A stretch of DNA of 64,000 nucleotides from a virus (taxonomy: Duplodnaviria > Caudoviricetes), in IMG/VR virus record IMGVR_UViG_2706796142_000001, positions 11,148-75,147 of that record. One strand, given 5' to 3'. Positions 1 to 9,207 of the stretch are shown here, piece after piece. Position numbers and translations under genes: made by a program. Below the pieces are notes generated by a model. That model saw only the letters and a list, made by a program, of their open reading frames with translations, was not told where the DNA came from and ran no database searches. Positions within the stretch are counted from its first letter, which is position 1. The number at the start of each line of letters is the position of its first letter.

Positions 1-107
1 AGCAACGTGTTGCCTTCAATATTCACTCTCGCCGTACAGCTTCCACTGGCTCATTGAGCGCACCGTTGCTGTCCTAACGATCCGTTTTTTGGGTTGTGAA
101 ACTGTGA

Positions 108-137
108 AAGCCCATCTCTTAGGAGGTGGGTTTTTTT
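108..137 (+). terminator. Rho-independent terminator
   Basis: GCCCATCTC-TTAG-GAGGTGGGT hairpin followed by a T7 tract. Confidence 0.75.
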
Positions 138-167
138 ATGGTCAATTTTTACTAATTAGGATCCAGA

Positions 168-554
168 ATGAGAAAGTTTATCCTGTCTGCACTGATTGCT
201 GTAGTTGCCATGACTGGCCTGTCCGGTTGTGACATTAACGATGCCGATGTGGTATCGAAGAACCTCAGTACTGATGCTGCGAACTTTAAGGTTAATCGCC
301 GTATCGTATTCACCAATCTGCGTACTGGTGAGTTCCTGCTGTCTATCGAGGGTCTGTGTGCTCGTGAGAACACATCGACTGAAATTCAGATCACCTGCCA
401 GACTGGCCCGAATGAATTCAAAAAGCATTTCATGGGCCTGACTACCGAGGTGTCTTACTTCGTTGAACAAACTGATCCAGTTCCATCAAACAAGTACCGT
501 TACACCGTGACGTTCAAACCGTCTGTAATTGTGCCGACTATCGAACTGCGTTAA
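168..554 (+). CDS. Conserved phage lipoprotein
   Basis: Signal peptide with lipobox LSG-C; DADVVSKNLS...RRIVF...IEGLC pattern typical of a widespread phage lipoprotein family. Confidence 0.8.
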   Translation: MRKFILSALIAVVAMTGLSGCDINDADVVSKNLSTDAANFKVNRRIVFTNLRTGEFLLSIEGLCARENTSTEIQITCQTGPNEFKKHFMGLTTEVSYFVEQTDPVPSNKYRYTVTFKPSVIVPTIELR

Positions 555-593
555 TCCCAATATTAAGATGCGTGCATAGCACAAGAGGCAAAT

Positions 594-1343
594 ATGTTAT
601 TTCCACAGCAAGAAAAAGTTGTACGTCAGATGACCCACATCATGACGGTGTTCAAAGAATCGGATGCTGCGATCCGTCCCCATTTCAGTCTTACTGGGCC
701 AAGTGGCTCCGGTAAATCCTATCTCGTGAACGAGGCTGCCAAAGAAGTTGGCCTGAAGTTCATGGAGATCAATGCAGCCCAGCTTACTGCTGAAGGGCTG
801 TCTGGTAACTCACTGTCCAAGTCTCTGCGTCAGTTGCGTGAGCACTGGAACGAGCCGAATATCATCTTCGTGGATGAGTTCGATAAGCTGTTTCAGAACA
901 ACGGTGAGCGTACTGAGAACTTCCGTTCACAGGTTCAGGATGAATTCCTCATGAACCTCGAAAGCAAATATGCCAGTGTCTTCACGGACTATGGCAAGTA
1001 CGAACCAGTGAAGATTGATAACTCGTTATTCATCTTCGCCGGGGCATACAGCAACCAGAAGATCCACACTCTCAGTGATCTGAAGGAAGCCGGTATGCGT
1101 ACCGAGTTTCTGGGTAGAGTTCCTTTGGTTCTGTATACAGAGGCAGTGCCTCTGGAGGAATTGCAGAAGCACATTCCTAAACTGGATCTGTATCGTAATT
1201 ACAAAGCTCTGTATCCGAATATTAAAGATGCTACTGCTGTGAAGCAGATCGTCAATATTATGATGAAGCAAAACGAAGAAACTCCAATAGGTATTCGTCT
1301 TATCAATACCTGTATTCACCTTTATTTCATGAAGGGAATTTAA
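594..1343 (+). CDS. AAA+ ATPase, ClpX/HslU-like core
   Basis: Walker A GPSGSGKS, INAAQLTAEG, Walker B IIFVDEFDK, EFLGRVP arginine-finger region. Confidence 0.8.
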   Translation: MLFPQQEKVVRQMTHIMTVFKESDAAIRPHFSLTGPSGSGKSYLVNEAAKEVGLKFMEINAAQLTAEGLSGNSLSKSLRQLREHWNEPNIIFVDEFDKLFQNNGERTENFRSQVQDEFLMNLESKYASVFTDYGKYEPVKIDNSLFIFAGAYSNQKIHTLSDLKEAGMRTEFLGRVPLVLYTEAVPLEELQKHIPKLDLYRNYKALYPNIKDATAVKQIVNIMMKQNEETPIGIRLINTCIHLYFMKGI

Positions 1344-1681
1344 TGAGTCGTCGTGACGAAATAATTGACCGTATCTATAAACAAGTAAAGGTTGTGGATA
1401 CTGGTTATGAAGTTGACGGTATTCCGTCTCCCTGTCATTTATGGCAGGGGCCAACATCTGGAAATGGACGTGGTAAAGGCTATGGTCGTATCTCGATTAA
1501 TAGCGTCACCTCGGCTGTACACCGTGTGTCATATACCCATTACAATGGTTATATTCCACTGAAAAAACAAATCGACCATCTCTGCAATGTCCGTAATTGC
1601 GTGAATCCAGAACATCTGGAGATGGTCACTCACCTGACAAACCAAGCACGTCGAGCCAGACGTGCAAAGGAGAAATCATGA
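1343..1681 (+). CDS. HNH endonuclease (N4 gp22-like)
   Basis: CHLWQG, GYGRI, VHRVSY, IDHLCNVRNCVNPEHL. Confidence 0.9.
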   Translation: MSRRDEIIDRIYKQVKVVDTGYEVDGIPSPCHLWQGPTSGNGRGKGYGRISINSVTSAVHRVSYTHYNGYIPLKKQIDHLCNVRNCVNPEHLEMVTHLTNQARRARRAKEKS

Positions 1682-1866
1682 GTAGCAGTGAAGGATCAGC
1701 TTTTACAGTGGGATTCCTTATTGGCCTCATAGTGATGGGATGCCTAGGTAATTGGGTAGGCTCATTTAATAAGGCTGACTTACGAGCTGCTCGTGAGCAA
1801 TGTGAGAAAGCACTGCCTCGTGACCAGCATTGTGTTTATCAATTCGTACCGGAGAAGAAACCGTGA
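1678..1866 (+). CDS. Small membrane protein
   Basis: ATG overlapping upstream stop (ATGA), GGAG RBS, one hydrophobic helix AFTVGFLIGLIVMGCLG. Confidence 0.7.
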   Translation: MSSSEGSAFTVGFLIGLIVMGCLGNWVGSFNKADLRAAREQCEKALPRDQHCVYQFVPEKKP

Positions 1867-2222
1867 AATACCTTCTGGCAATCATGTTATGTTTTTTGGG
1901 GTTTAATGCCTTTGCAGACAACCGTTATTATATTCCTGAAACAGATAGTCTGTTTATCGTCTCGAATGATTTCAAGACGATGACTGTTTATGTCAAAGGA
2001 CATAATGAAGGTTCTGCGTGGGGATCTGGTGCAACCAGTAATCACAAAACCTATGCTGGTAAACCTTATACCAGTGTGTCATTCAAATCCGATAAGTGTG
2101 ACATTGTTATGTCGTACTACGCATGGGCTAATAATACTCGCTTCAGTTATATCTGTGGCAAGAGTGTTAAAGCCGAAGCTATTGATATCCCCGATATCAA
2201 TTCACAGCACAATAACTTTTAA
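1863..2222 (+). CDS. Putative secreted/periplasmic protein
   Basis: GTG start overlapping upstream stop, GGAG RBS; signal peptide MKYLLAIMLCFLGFNAFA; two Cys in mature part. Confidence 0.7.
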   Translation: MKYLLAIMLCFLGFNAFADNRYYIPETDSLFIVSNDFKTMTVYVKGHNEGSAWGSGATSNHKTYAGKPYTSVSFKSDKCDIVMSYYAWANNTRFSYICGKSVKAEAIDIPDINSQHNNF

Positions 2223-2232
2223 AGAGGTTCGT

Positions 2233-2805
2233 GTGAAAGATAAATTACTTGCTGCAATCATGATGTCCCTGTTGGCTCACGAAGCTGAAAAAGCTGCTGA
2301 ACCAGAAGAGAAAGGTGATGAGCGTGGCTCAGGCCGTACCACCAAGCACGCTCTGATCGCTGCGAAAATCGCCATCGATAAAGCTGGCTCGATCATTGAG
2401 ATGCAAGACCACTCTAAAACCCATGAGGGTAACAAAGAGCTGGCTTCCAAAGTGTCTCAGATCCTGACCGTGCTGAACGTAGATCATGCGTTCGAGAACA
2501 ACATCATCTGCGTTAAGCCAATCGAAGAAGCCAAGCGTTCTGATGCTCAGGGGCCACTGCCTGAATGGGCTATTGGTCGTAACCCTATCCGTGAACTGGT
2601 GCCGGGTGCTCAGTTGTATACCCGTAACGGTTCCCGTGTGGGTAATGCCTACCTGCTGGACTTCGACGACACCACTGGCGTCTGGGAAGTGCTGACTGAC
2701 ATGGGTTCAGCCATGCATCTGACCGTGGACGAAGTGAACGAGTTATTCACCGTAGGCGAGTACATCGCTGACGTGAACGAAGTCGAATCTCGTCGTAAGA
2801 AGTAA
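2233..2805 (+). CDS. Hypothetical protein
   Basis: GTG start after GAGG RBS within ORF 1990-2805; strong phage-like codon usage. Confidence 0.7.
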   Translation: MKDKLLAAIMMSLLAHEAEKAAEPEEKGDERGSGRTTKHALIAAKIAIDKAGSIIEMQDHSKTHEGNKELASKVSQILTVLNVDHAFENNIICVKPIEEAKRSDAQGPLPEWAIGRNPIRELVPGAQLYTRNGSRVGNAYLLDFDDTTGVWEVLTDMGSAMHLTVDEVNELFTVGEYIADVNEVESRRKK

Positions 2806-2811
2806 GCCGCT

Positions 2812-3174
2812 ATGCAGTTCACTGCATACGAGGTGATCTGTGCCAGTGTTTACGGACACTGGCCGGAAGCCGTCACCACACTTGAGTTAGCTCAGGTGTG
2901 TGCTCTGATTGACGGTAGGGATCCAGATGATGCCATGCGTGCATGTGCAGCAAAGATCGCTTACCGAACCAAGGATAAACAGCTTCAAGGTATTCTGCTG
3001 ACCATGGTCATTGCTGAGTACCCAAGCAATATCCTTCTCTCTCTGGATCAGAGAGTGGGGGTCATGCTGAAGAATCTCCGTAAAAACGGTGGAGAACTCT
3101 TTGAGTATGACAGCCACGAAGCCATGAAATTGGCTTTGAAGAAACCCCGGCTCTCTCTGGTTCCGACTCGTTAA
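2812..3174 (+). CDS. Hypothetical protein
   Basis: 120-aa ORF tightly packed in operon. Confidence 0.7.
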   Translation: MQFTAYEVICASVYGHWPEAVTTLELAQVCALIDGRDPDDAMRACAAKIAYRTKDKQLQGILLTMVIAEYPSNILLSLDQRVGVMLKNLRKNGGELFEYDSHEAMKLALKKPRLSLVPTR

Positions 3175-3237
3175 AGTTTTTTTGGTTGTTAAATCTCTTA
3201 AATCCCAATTCGCCAAACTCTAAACAGGAAGAAAAAT

Positions 3238-4686
3238 ATGTCCCGTAATCTGACCCAAGCTCAGGAACAAGTTCAAGTAGCTGAAATTCGTTATCACAAC
3301 GATGCTCTGATGATCCCTAACGGTATGTCTACCTCTCAGGCCATCGAGCTGCTGGAACGCCAGCGTGACTATCTCGAAGAGAAAGTCTCTATCAACCGTA
3401 CCTTCGATGCATTCCCGTTCGATGGTGCTAATGCACTGTCTGAAGTGCTGACTGCACAGTTTGGCTGGGCTGCTGCCGAATCGACTCCGGGCTTCTTTGG
3501 TGATACTCCACCACAGATGCTGACCATCGAAACCGATTTCAACAAAACTCGCCGTGTACCGTGGGGCCGTTTCTCACTGCCGGGCGTGAAAGGCTACATC
3601 GAAACTGGCGTTCGTCGCAAAGACGGTCGTATCGCTTTTTCCATCAACGGTATGGTGAAGCGTAAAGACGAAGCGAACATTGAGCGTCTGCTGGACGGCG
3701 TTGCTGAATACCTGAAGGTAAACAGCATCTACGCGGGTAAAGCGATCAAGATCCGTTTCCTCGACGACGATGGCGATGTGCTGGATATGCCGGAACCGAA
3801 GTTCCTCGATACTTCGTTCATCTCCCGCGATATGCTGGTCTACAGCGCCGAAGTTGAAGCAAGCATCGAAACCAACCTGTTCACGCCGATCACCCGTATG
3901 GCTGACTGTATCGCCAACGATATCCCTGTGAAACGTGGTGTGCTGCTGGGTGGCCCATACGGTACTGGTAAAACCATGGCTGCAACTGTTGCAAGCCGTC
4001 TGGCTGTTGACGCAGGTATCACCTACGTGTACGTGCCACACTCTGACGAACTGGCTTATGCCATTGAGTTCGCCAAGCAGTACGACCGTACCGCTGCTGT
4101 GATCTTCTGCGAAGATATCGACCGTGCTGTAACTGGCGAACGCTCTGTTGCGATGGATGATATCCTGAACATTCTGGATGGTATCGATACCAAATCCAGC
4201 AAAATCATCACCGTTCTGACCACCAACCATCTGGAAAACATCAACCCTGCGATGCTGCGTCCGGGCCGTCTGGATGCGATCATTAACGTGAACGCACCTG
4301 ACGCCGAAGCTGTTGAGCGTCTGATCCGTCTGTACGGCAAAGGCACTGTTGCCAAAGACGAAGATCTGGCGAAAGCAGGTAAAGTCCTGTCTGGTTCAAT
4401 TCCTGCGGTAATCGCTGAAGTTGTTAAGCGTGCGAAGCTGGTTCAACTGGGTCTGCAAGAGCCGGGAACCAAAGTGGAAAGCATCTCTGGCGAAGCTATC
4501 TATCAGGCAGCACTGACCATTCAGGATCAGGTCGATCTGCTGAAAGAAATGTCTTCTAAGAAAGTGGTAGAACCTACTTTCAATCAGGTGATGGGCGGCG
4601 CTCTGGCTGTTGCTCTGAACGGCACGAAAGAACTGCTGAACGGTGTGGAATCGAAAGTATCCGAAATTCACGGCAACGTCTGCTAA
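3238..4686 (+). CDS. AAA ATPase with long N-terminal domain (FtsH/Bcs1-like AAA core)
   Basis: Walker A GPYGTGKT, Walker B VIFCEDID, second region of homology TTNHLENINPAMLRPGRLD. Confidence 0.85.
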   Translation: MSRNLTQAQEQVQVAEIRYHNDALMIPNGMSTSQAIELLERQRDYLEEKVSINRTFDAFPFDGANALSEVLTAQFGWAAAESTPGFFGDTPPQMLTIETDFNKTRRVPWGRFSLPGVKGYIETGVRRKDGRIAFSINGMVKRKDEANIERLLDGVAEYLKVNSIYAGKAIKIRFLDDDGDVLDMPEPKFLDTSFISRDMLVYSAEVEASIETNLFTPITRMADCIANDIPVKRGVLLGGPYGTGKTMAATVASRLAVDAGITYVYVPHSDELAYAIEFAKQYDRTAAVIFCEDIDRAVTGERSVAMDDILNILDGIDTKSSKIITVLTTNHLENINPAMLRPGRLDAIINVNAPDAEAVERLIRLYGKGTVAKDEDLAKAGKVLSGSIPAVIAEVVKRAKLVQLGLQEPGTKVESISGEAIYQAALTIQDQVDLLKEMSSKKVVEPTFNQVMGGALAVALNGTKELLNGVESKVSEIHGNVC

Positions 4687-4689
4687 TAG

Positions 4690-4721
4690 AAATCCCTCTT
4701 CTTCGGAAGGGGGATTTTTTT
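4690..4721 (+). terminator. Rho-independent terminator
   Basis: AAATCCCTCTTC-TTCG-GAAGGGGGATTT plus T tract. Confidence 0.85.
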
Positions 4722-4750
4722 ATTAGAACCAATCACTTTGAGGAAAGATA

Positions 4751-5794
4751 ATGGCAGATCCAGTTCTCTACCGTGCATCGCCACGTAAGACCAAGAAATT
4801 CATTATGCAGTGTCTCGACGCTGGCCGGGTGCCGTATGTACGTTCATCTCCGGGTATGGGTAAGTCGAGCCTCTGTGCTGAAATTGCAAAGCTGGCAAGT
4901 CTGGAGCTGATAGATCATCGTCTCTCTGGTTCCGGCCCTGAAGATCTAAACGGCCTACCTCGTTTCAATGAGGCTGGCATGGCTGAGTTCAGTCCATTTG
5001 AGGGTTTATTCCCGCTGGACACTACGCCGTTACCAGCCGGTATGAACGGCTGGCTGTTGTTGCTGGACGAGTTTAACTCGGCACCAAAAGAAGTCATTGC
5101 AGCGGCTTACAAGCTGCTTCTCGACCGTATGGTTGGGCAACGTAAGCTGCATCCTTCGGTATACATTGTCTGTGCAGGCAATCTGGATACTGACCGGGCT
5201 ATCGTTAATCCAATCGGTACTGCTATGCAGTCTCGTGTGATCCACATCGAGATGGAAGTTAATGCCTCTGAGTGGATGGAAGACGTTGCCATTAAGAAAC
5301 GCTACTCGAAAGAGATCATTGCGTTTCTGGGCCAGTATCCAAGCAAGCTGATGGACTTCACGCCGAACCATGTAGACAAGACATTCTGCTGTCCTCGTAC
5401 ATGGGAATTCGTGGATGACCTGATGAAAGCTGGTGGTATCGATGAAGACAACGTTGGCCTGTATGCAGGGACAATCACGTCTGGTGTAGCTGTAGACTTC
5501 TTCAACTTCACCAAGGTCTATAAGGATGTGATCACCGTATCTGAAATTGTTGCCAATCCCCTAACCTGTCGTGCTCCAACCAGTTTGAATATTGCGTGGG
5601 CCACAGTGTCAGGAATGATTGAAGCAATCAACACAGACAACTTCGATGCTCTATGCGGGTATGCTGAAGCACAATTGCCTCTGGATATGCGTATCTTATT
5701 CTTCCGGGCAATGCTGATCCGTGATCCGGCATTACGCCATCATTCAAGATTCCCGGCTGTAGCGAGTGCTGTTGCTAAGTATCTGAACGAATAA
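4751..5794 (+). CDS. MoxR-like AAA ATPase (N4 gp24-like)
   Basis: Walker A SSPGMGKS, Walker B LLLLDEFN, CPRTWEF; directly upstream of a VWA protein. Confidence 0.85.
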   Translation: MADPVLYRASPRKTKKFIMQCLDAGRVPYVRSSPGMGKSSLCAEIAKLASLELIDHRLSGSGPEDLNGLPRFNEAGMAEFSPFEGLFPLDTTPLPAGMNGWLLLLDEFNSAPKEVIAAAYKLLLDRMVGQRKLHPSVYIVCAGNLDTDRAIVNPIGTAMQSRVIHIEMEVNASEWMEDVAIKKRYSKEIIAFLGQYPSKLMDFTPNHVDKTFCCPRTWEFVDDLMKAGGIDEDNVGLYAGTITSGVAVDFFNFTKVYKDVITVSEIVANPLTCRAPTSLNIAWATVSGMIEAINTDNFDALCGYAEAQLPLDMRILFFRAMLIRDPALRHHSRFPAVASAVAKYLNE

Positions 5795-5806
5795 CGAGAG
5801 GCAAAC

Positions 5807-6901
5807 ATGGAATTTGATCCAGTAGAGCTGAATAAGCTCTTAGACCGGACAAAAGCAGCAGTCTTCATGGGGGACAATGCTCCATTTCTGGGGTCTGTGA
5901 TGTGCTCATTACTGTACGCGTGGAGTACGGATATCCCTACTGCTCAGGTGGATGGTACGTGCATGACGTGGAATCCAGAGTGGTTCCTGAAATTGCCTGT
6001 CCAAACCCGTAAAACTGTGTTTGTGCATGAACTATGGCATGTTGCCAGATTGCACATTCCACGCTGTGGGAAACGTAATTCAAAAGTCTGGAACTGGGCC
6101 TGTGATATCCGAATCAATAATGATCTGGAAGATGCAGGCTACACGTTTGAAGGAACTTCACCGTGGAAAGATCAGGCATACAGTGGCTGGGTTGAGGAGG
6201 ATATCTATGATGACCTCATAGCTAAAGGTATGGAGCCACCTCCGGGGCCGGAAGATCTAATCTACGGTGCAGATGAAAAAGCTCTGATTAACATCGTGAT
6301 CCAAGCAACCCACCAAGCTCGTCTTGGTCATGGCACTGTGCCGGGTGGCGTGGAAGAGACGATCAAAGCCTTTTTGACTCCTATCGTACCATGGGAAACT
6401 TATCTGTATAAATGGATGAGCGATTTGTGTGATACCAACCGATCATGGGCCAGACCCAACAGAAGGTATCAGCATATCTATTTGCCCCATCGTCGAAAAG
6501 ATGAGGGCAGGCTGACACATCTGATGTACTTCCTTGATGTTTCTGGTTCCATTACCCGGAAACAAATTGAGCGTTTTAACTCGGAAGTGAAATACATCAA
6601 GGACACATACAATCCAGCGAAGCTGACCATTGTACTGTTCGATGTGACTATCCGTGATGTACAGGTCTGGACGGACAGCGATCCGTTTGATGAGCTGGTA
6701 GTGACTGGTCGAGGTGGTACAAGCCTGCACTGTGTGAAGGATTATATCGACGAGCATCGGCCTACTGCTGCAATCATTTTCACCGATCTTAAAGTGACAC
6801 CAATGGAACCACTGATGTATGACATTCCCCTGTTGTGGGTATGTATCAACAACTTCAGTGCCGAGGTGCCATTCGGAGAAATCATCCATATCAGGAGTTA
6901 A
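5807..6901 (+). CDS. Metallopeptidase-VWA domain protein (DUF2201-like, N4 gp25-like)
   Basis: HELWH (HExxH), WNWACDIRIN, MIDAS-like DVSGS, GRGGT. Confidence 0.85.
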   Translation: MEFDPVELNKLLDRTKAAVFMGDNAPFLGSVMCSLLYAWSTDIPTAQVDGTCMTWNPEWFLKLPVQTRKTVFVHELWHVARLHIPRCGKRNSKVWNWACDIRINNDLEDAGYTFEGTSPWKDQAYSGWVEEDIYDDLIAKGMEPPPGPEDLIYGADEKALINIVIQATHQARLGHGTVPGGVEETIKAFLTPIVPWETYLYKWMSDLCDTNRSWARPNRRYQHIYLPHRRKDEGRLTHLMYFLDVSGSITRKQIERFNSEVKYIKDTYNPAKLTIVLFDVTIRDVQVWTDSDPFDELVVTGRGGTSLHCVKDYIDEHRPTAAIIFTDLKVTPMEPLMYDIPLLWVCINNFSAEVPFGEIIHIRS

Positions 6902-6902
6902 C

Positions 6903-7415
6903 ATGATCGTAAATGCTGGAGCACTTCTGCATAAAGCACCCATTGCTGACATGGCAGAAACCAAGCTGATTGAGCACGGCGTATCCTACGGCTTATCCGA
7001 AGCTGGGTACGATATTCGTATCAAACAGGATATTACGTTTTCACCTGCAAATGATAAATACCAAATCACTGTGAGTGAGATCGTTGGTGATACCAACCAG
7101 GTTCACTTCCAGAAAGGACGATTCACACTGGCATCAGCAATGGAGTTATTCCAGATGCCTGATGATCTGCTGGGCGTAGTACATGATAAATCAACGTGGG
7201 CCAGACATGGCCTGTCCGTGTTCAATACCGTTATTGAGCCGGGCTGGCATGGCTACCTAACGTTGGAACTTGTGTACAGCGGGCAGAAGGAATTATTCAT
7301 TCCTGCTGGTGCCGGTATCGCACAAGTGCTCTTTCATGAAGTCATGGTGCGAAGCCACTATGACGGTAAATATCAGAACCAAGAGGATAAGCCCATTCCT
7401 CCTCGGATGGTCTAA
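6903..7415 (+). CDS. dcd: dCTP deaminase (N4 gp26-like)
   Basis: GYDIRI, DKSTWARHG, VIEPGWHGYLTLEL, IAQVLF, YDGKYQNQ. Confidence 0.9.
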   Translation: MIVNAGALLHKAPIADMAETKLIEHGVSYGLSEAGYDIRIKQDITFSPANDKYQITVSEIVGDTNQVHFQKGRFTLASAMELFQMPDDLLGVVHDKSTWARHGLSVFNTVIEPGWHGYLTLELVYSGQKELFIPAGAGIAQVLFHEVMVRSHYDGKYQNQEDKPIPPRMV

Positions 7416-7470
7416 TCATCCATTTTTTGGTTTTAATCCCTTTTCATTCACTTAAATAAGCGAGTAATAA

Positions 7471-7695
7471 ATGTCCCTGATTAAATTAACTGTAGCGAAT
7501 TCTGGTCTGCGTCTGGAAGTAAACGCAAAGCACGTTGTATTCATCCGTGATAACGGTGAGAGCACTAATACCACTGTTGGCCTGTCAACTGGCGAAAGCG
7601 TTGATGTTAAAGAGTCCGGTCGTTCTGTCCGTGGCTATGTAAAAAAAGCTCTCGCTCCTGTCGGCGTTGCTGCTGCACCAGAAGTAGCTGAGTAA
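7471..7695 (+). CDS. Hypothetical protein
   Basis: 74-aa ORF with highly expressed-type codon usage; pattern resembles small beta-rich phage proteins. Confidence 0.7.
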   Translation: MSLIKLTVANSGLRLEVNAKHVVFIRDNGESTNTTVGLSTGESVDVKESGRSVRGYVKKALAPVGVAAAPEVAE

Positions 7696-7757
7696 TTTCG
7701 GGTAGGGCAGATATAATGTCTGCCCAATCTCTCCACTGAAACAAACAAAGAGGCTCT

Positions 7758-8552
7758 ATGTTACGTGCTCCCCTCAAATGGGTAGGCGGTAAAACACGCA
7801 TTATCGACAGACTGAAAGAGCATTTCCCGGCAGGAAATCGTCTGGTAGAACCCTTTGCTGGTTCCGGTGCTGTCATGCTGAATACCGACTTTCCTCGCTA
7901 TTTAATGGGTGATATCAATCCCGATTTGATGAACTTCCACATCGATGTAAGGGATAATACTGAGGAGTTATTGGATCATGCCAAATGGTTCTTTAGTACG
8001 GGTAATCATGAAAACATTTATTATCGTTATCGGGCTGAGTTTAACCAGCTCACTACTCCTACTGTTTATCGCTCTGCACTATTCCTCTTTCTGAATCGTC
8101 ACTGCTTTAACGGCCTCTGCCGTTACAATGCAAAGGGCGAGTTCAACGTACCGTATGGTCGTTACCCATCTCCGTATTTACCGGAGAAAGAGATAATGGT
8201 ATTTGCTGACAAAGCTCACTCTGCTCGCTTCGTAACACAAAGCTGGCTGGACACTTTGAAGCAGGTAAAGCACGGTGATGTTGTGTATCTGGATCCTCCG
8301 TATATACCAACCAGTGCTACTGCAAACTTCACAGCATATGCCAAAGAGCCATTCAATTTGACTCATCAAAGAGAACTGGCTGAAGCATTATTTGATCTGG
8401 GTAGCTACGGCATTCCGGTCATTGCTTCAAACTCCAATACTCCATTGGCAGTAGATCTTTACTCAAAATTTAAAGTAGAGAATATATACGCACCACGTTC
8501 TGTGGGCGGTGCTGCCGTGGCAAAAGAAATAATTGCTAAATTAAATTGCTGA
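7758..8552 (+). CDS. dam: DNA adenine methyltransferase (Dam/D12 class)
   Basis: LKWVGGK, VEPFAGSGAV, NRHCFNGLCRYN, catalytic DPPY. Confidence 0.95.
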   Translation: MLRAPLKWVGGKTRIIDRLKEHFPAGNRLVEPFAGSGAVMLNTDFPRYLMGDINPDLMNFHIDVRDNTEELLDHAKWFFSTGNHENIYYRYRAEFNQLTTPTVYRSALFLFLNRHCFNGLCRYNAKGEFNVPYGRYPSPYLPEKEIMVFADKAHSARFVTQSWLDTLKQVKHGDVVYLDPPYIPTSATANFTAYAKEPFNLTHQRELAEALFDLGSYGIPVIASNSNTPLAVDLYSKFKVENIYAPRSVGGAAVAKEIIAKLNC

Positions 8553-8559
8553 GGTATCC

Positions 8560-8946
8560 ATGAGTGCCGAAGAGTTAGGGAAATCAATTCACGAAACCAT
8601 TGAGTCAGGCTCCAGCGTAATGATGGTGCATATCGATGGTGAGTTTCGTCATGTGACCAAAGAAGAGTTTTATGAACGTATCTTCGGCGCAATGACAGAG
8701 AGACAGCGTATCTTTTTAAAGATGCTTGAAGCTGATTTCAGCAGTCTGGAAGAGAGAATCGCTGCTGTATGCTGTGATCGCAGTCGCAATAAAATATCCG
8801 GCTATGGCATTAAGGAGATCATCCTTGATGAATTAGCTGAAGAACCCGAAGCGGTTCCGAACAAACCCAACATCAAAACAAACAAGCGATCCAAGGGGAA
8901 AGGGCATCCGTTGCCATTCTACCTTGGCTCCAAAAGGCGGTATTAA
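8560..8946 (+). CDS. Hypothetical protein containing a PolA motif-A-like peptide
   Basis: GAGG RBS; contains LEADFSSLEERIAAV. Confidence 0.7.
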   Translation: MSAEELGKSIHETIESGSSVMMVHIDGEFRHVTKEEFYERIFGAMTERQRIFLKMLEADFSSLEERIAAVCCDRSRNKISGYGIKEIILDELAEEPEAVPNKPNIKTNKRSKGKGHPLPFYLGSKRRY

Positions 8947-9206
8947 TGGACATGGTATCTTTAGCGTTATCCGGTACTCAGGAACGTGGCAACACGGATC
9001 GAGAGTTCCATATCAGTATCACTCTTATCGGGCTGGCTAAACCTTTGCGTGGTGTCGTGGATGCTGACTCACATCCTCATGTAGCTTTCCGGGAATATGA
9101 ACTTTCCCGTAACGGTTCATGGGTTGCTGTCGAAGCTCCACCTCGCTACATTCTGCGTGAAGGCATCACCTCTGCACAGATTCTGTATCTTGATGGAGTC
9201 CCGTAA
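8946..9206 (+). CDS. Hypothetical protein
   Basis: 86-aa ORF coupled to upstream stop. Confidence 0.6.
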   Translation: MDMVSLALSGTQERGNTDREFHISITLIGLAKPLRGVVDADSHPHVAFREYELSRNGSWVAVEAPPRYILREGITSAQILYLDGVP

Positions 9207-9207
9207 T

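Noticed and set aside
1-77. 3' end of an upstream gene (stop at 75-77)
   Set aside because: Too short to assign a frame or product with confidence
1990-2232. Upstream 81-codon extension of ORF 1990-2805
   Set aside because: Overlaps the secreted-protein gene; a better GTG start with RBS exists at 2233
3574-5514. Minus-strand ORFs opposite the AAA ATPase genes
   Set aside because: Shadow ORFs against the uniform plus-strand middle region
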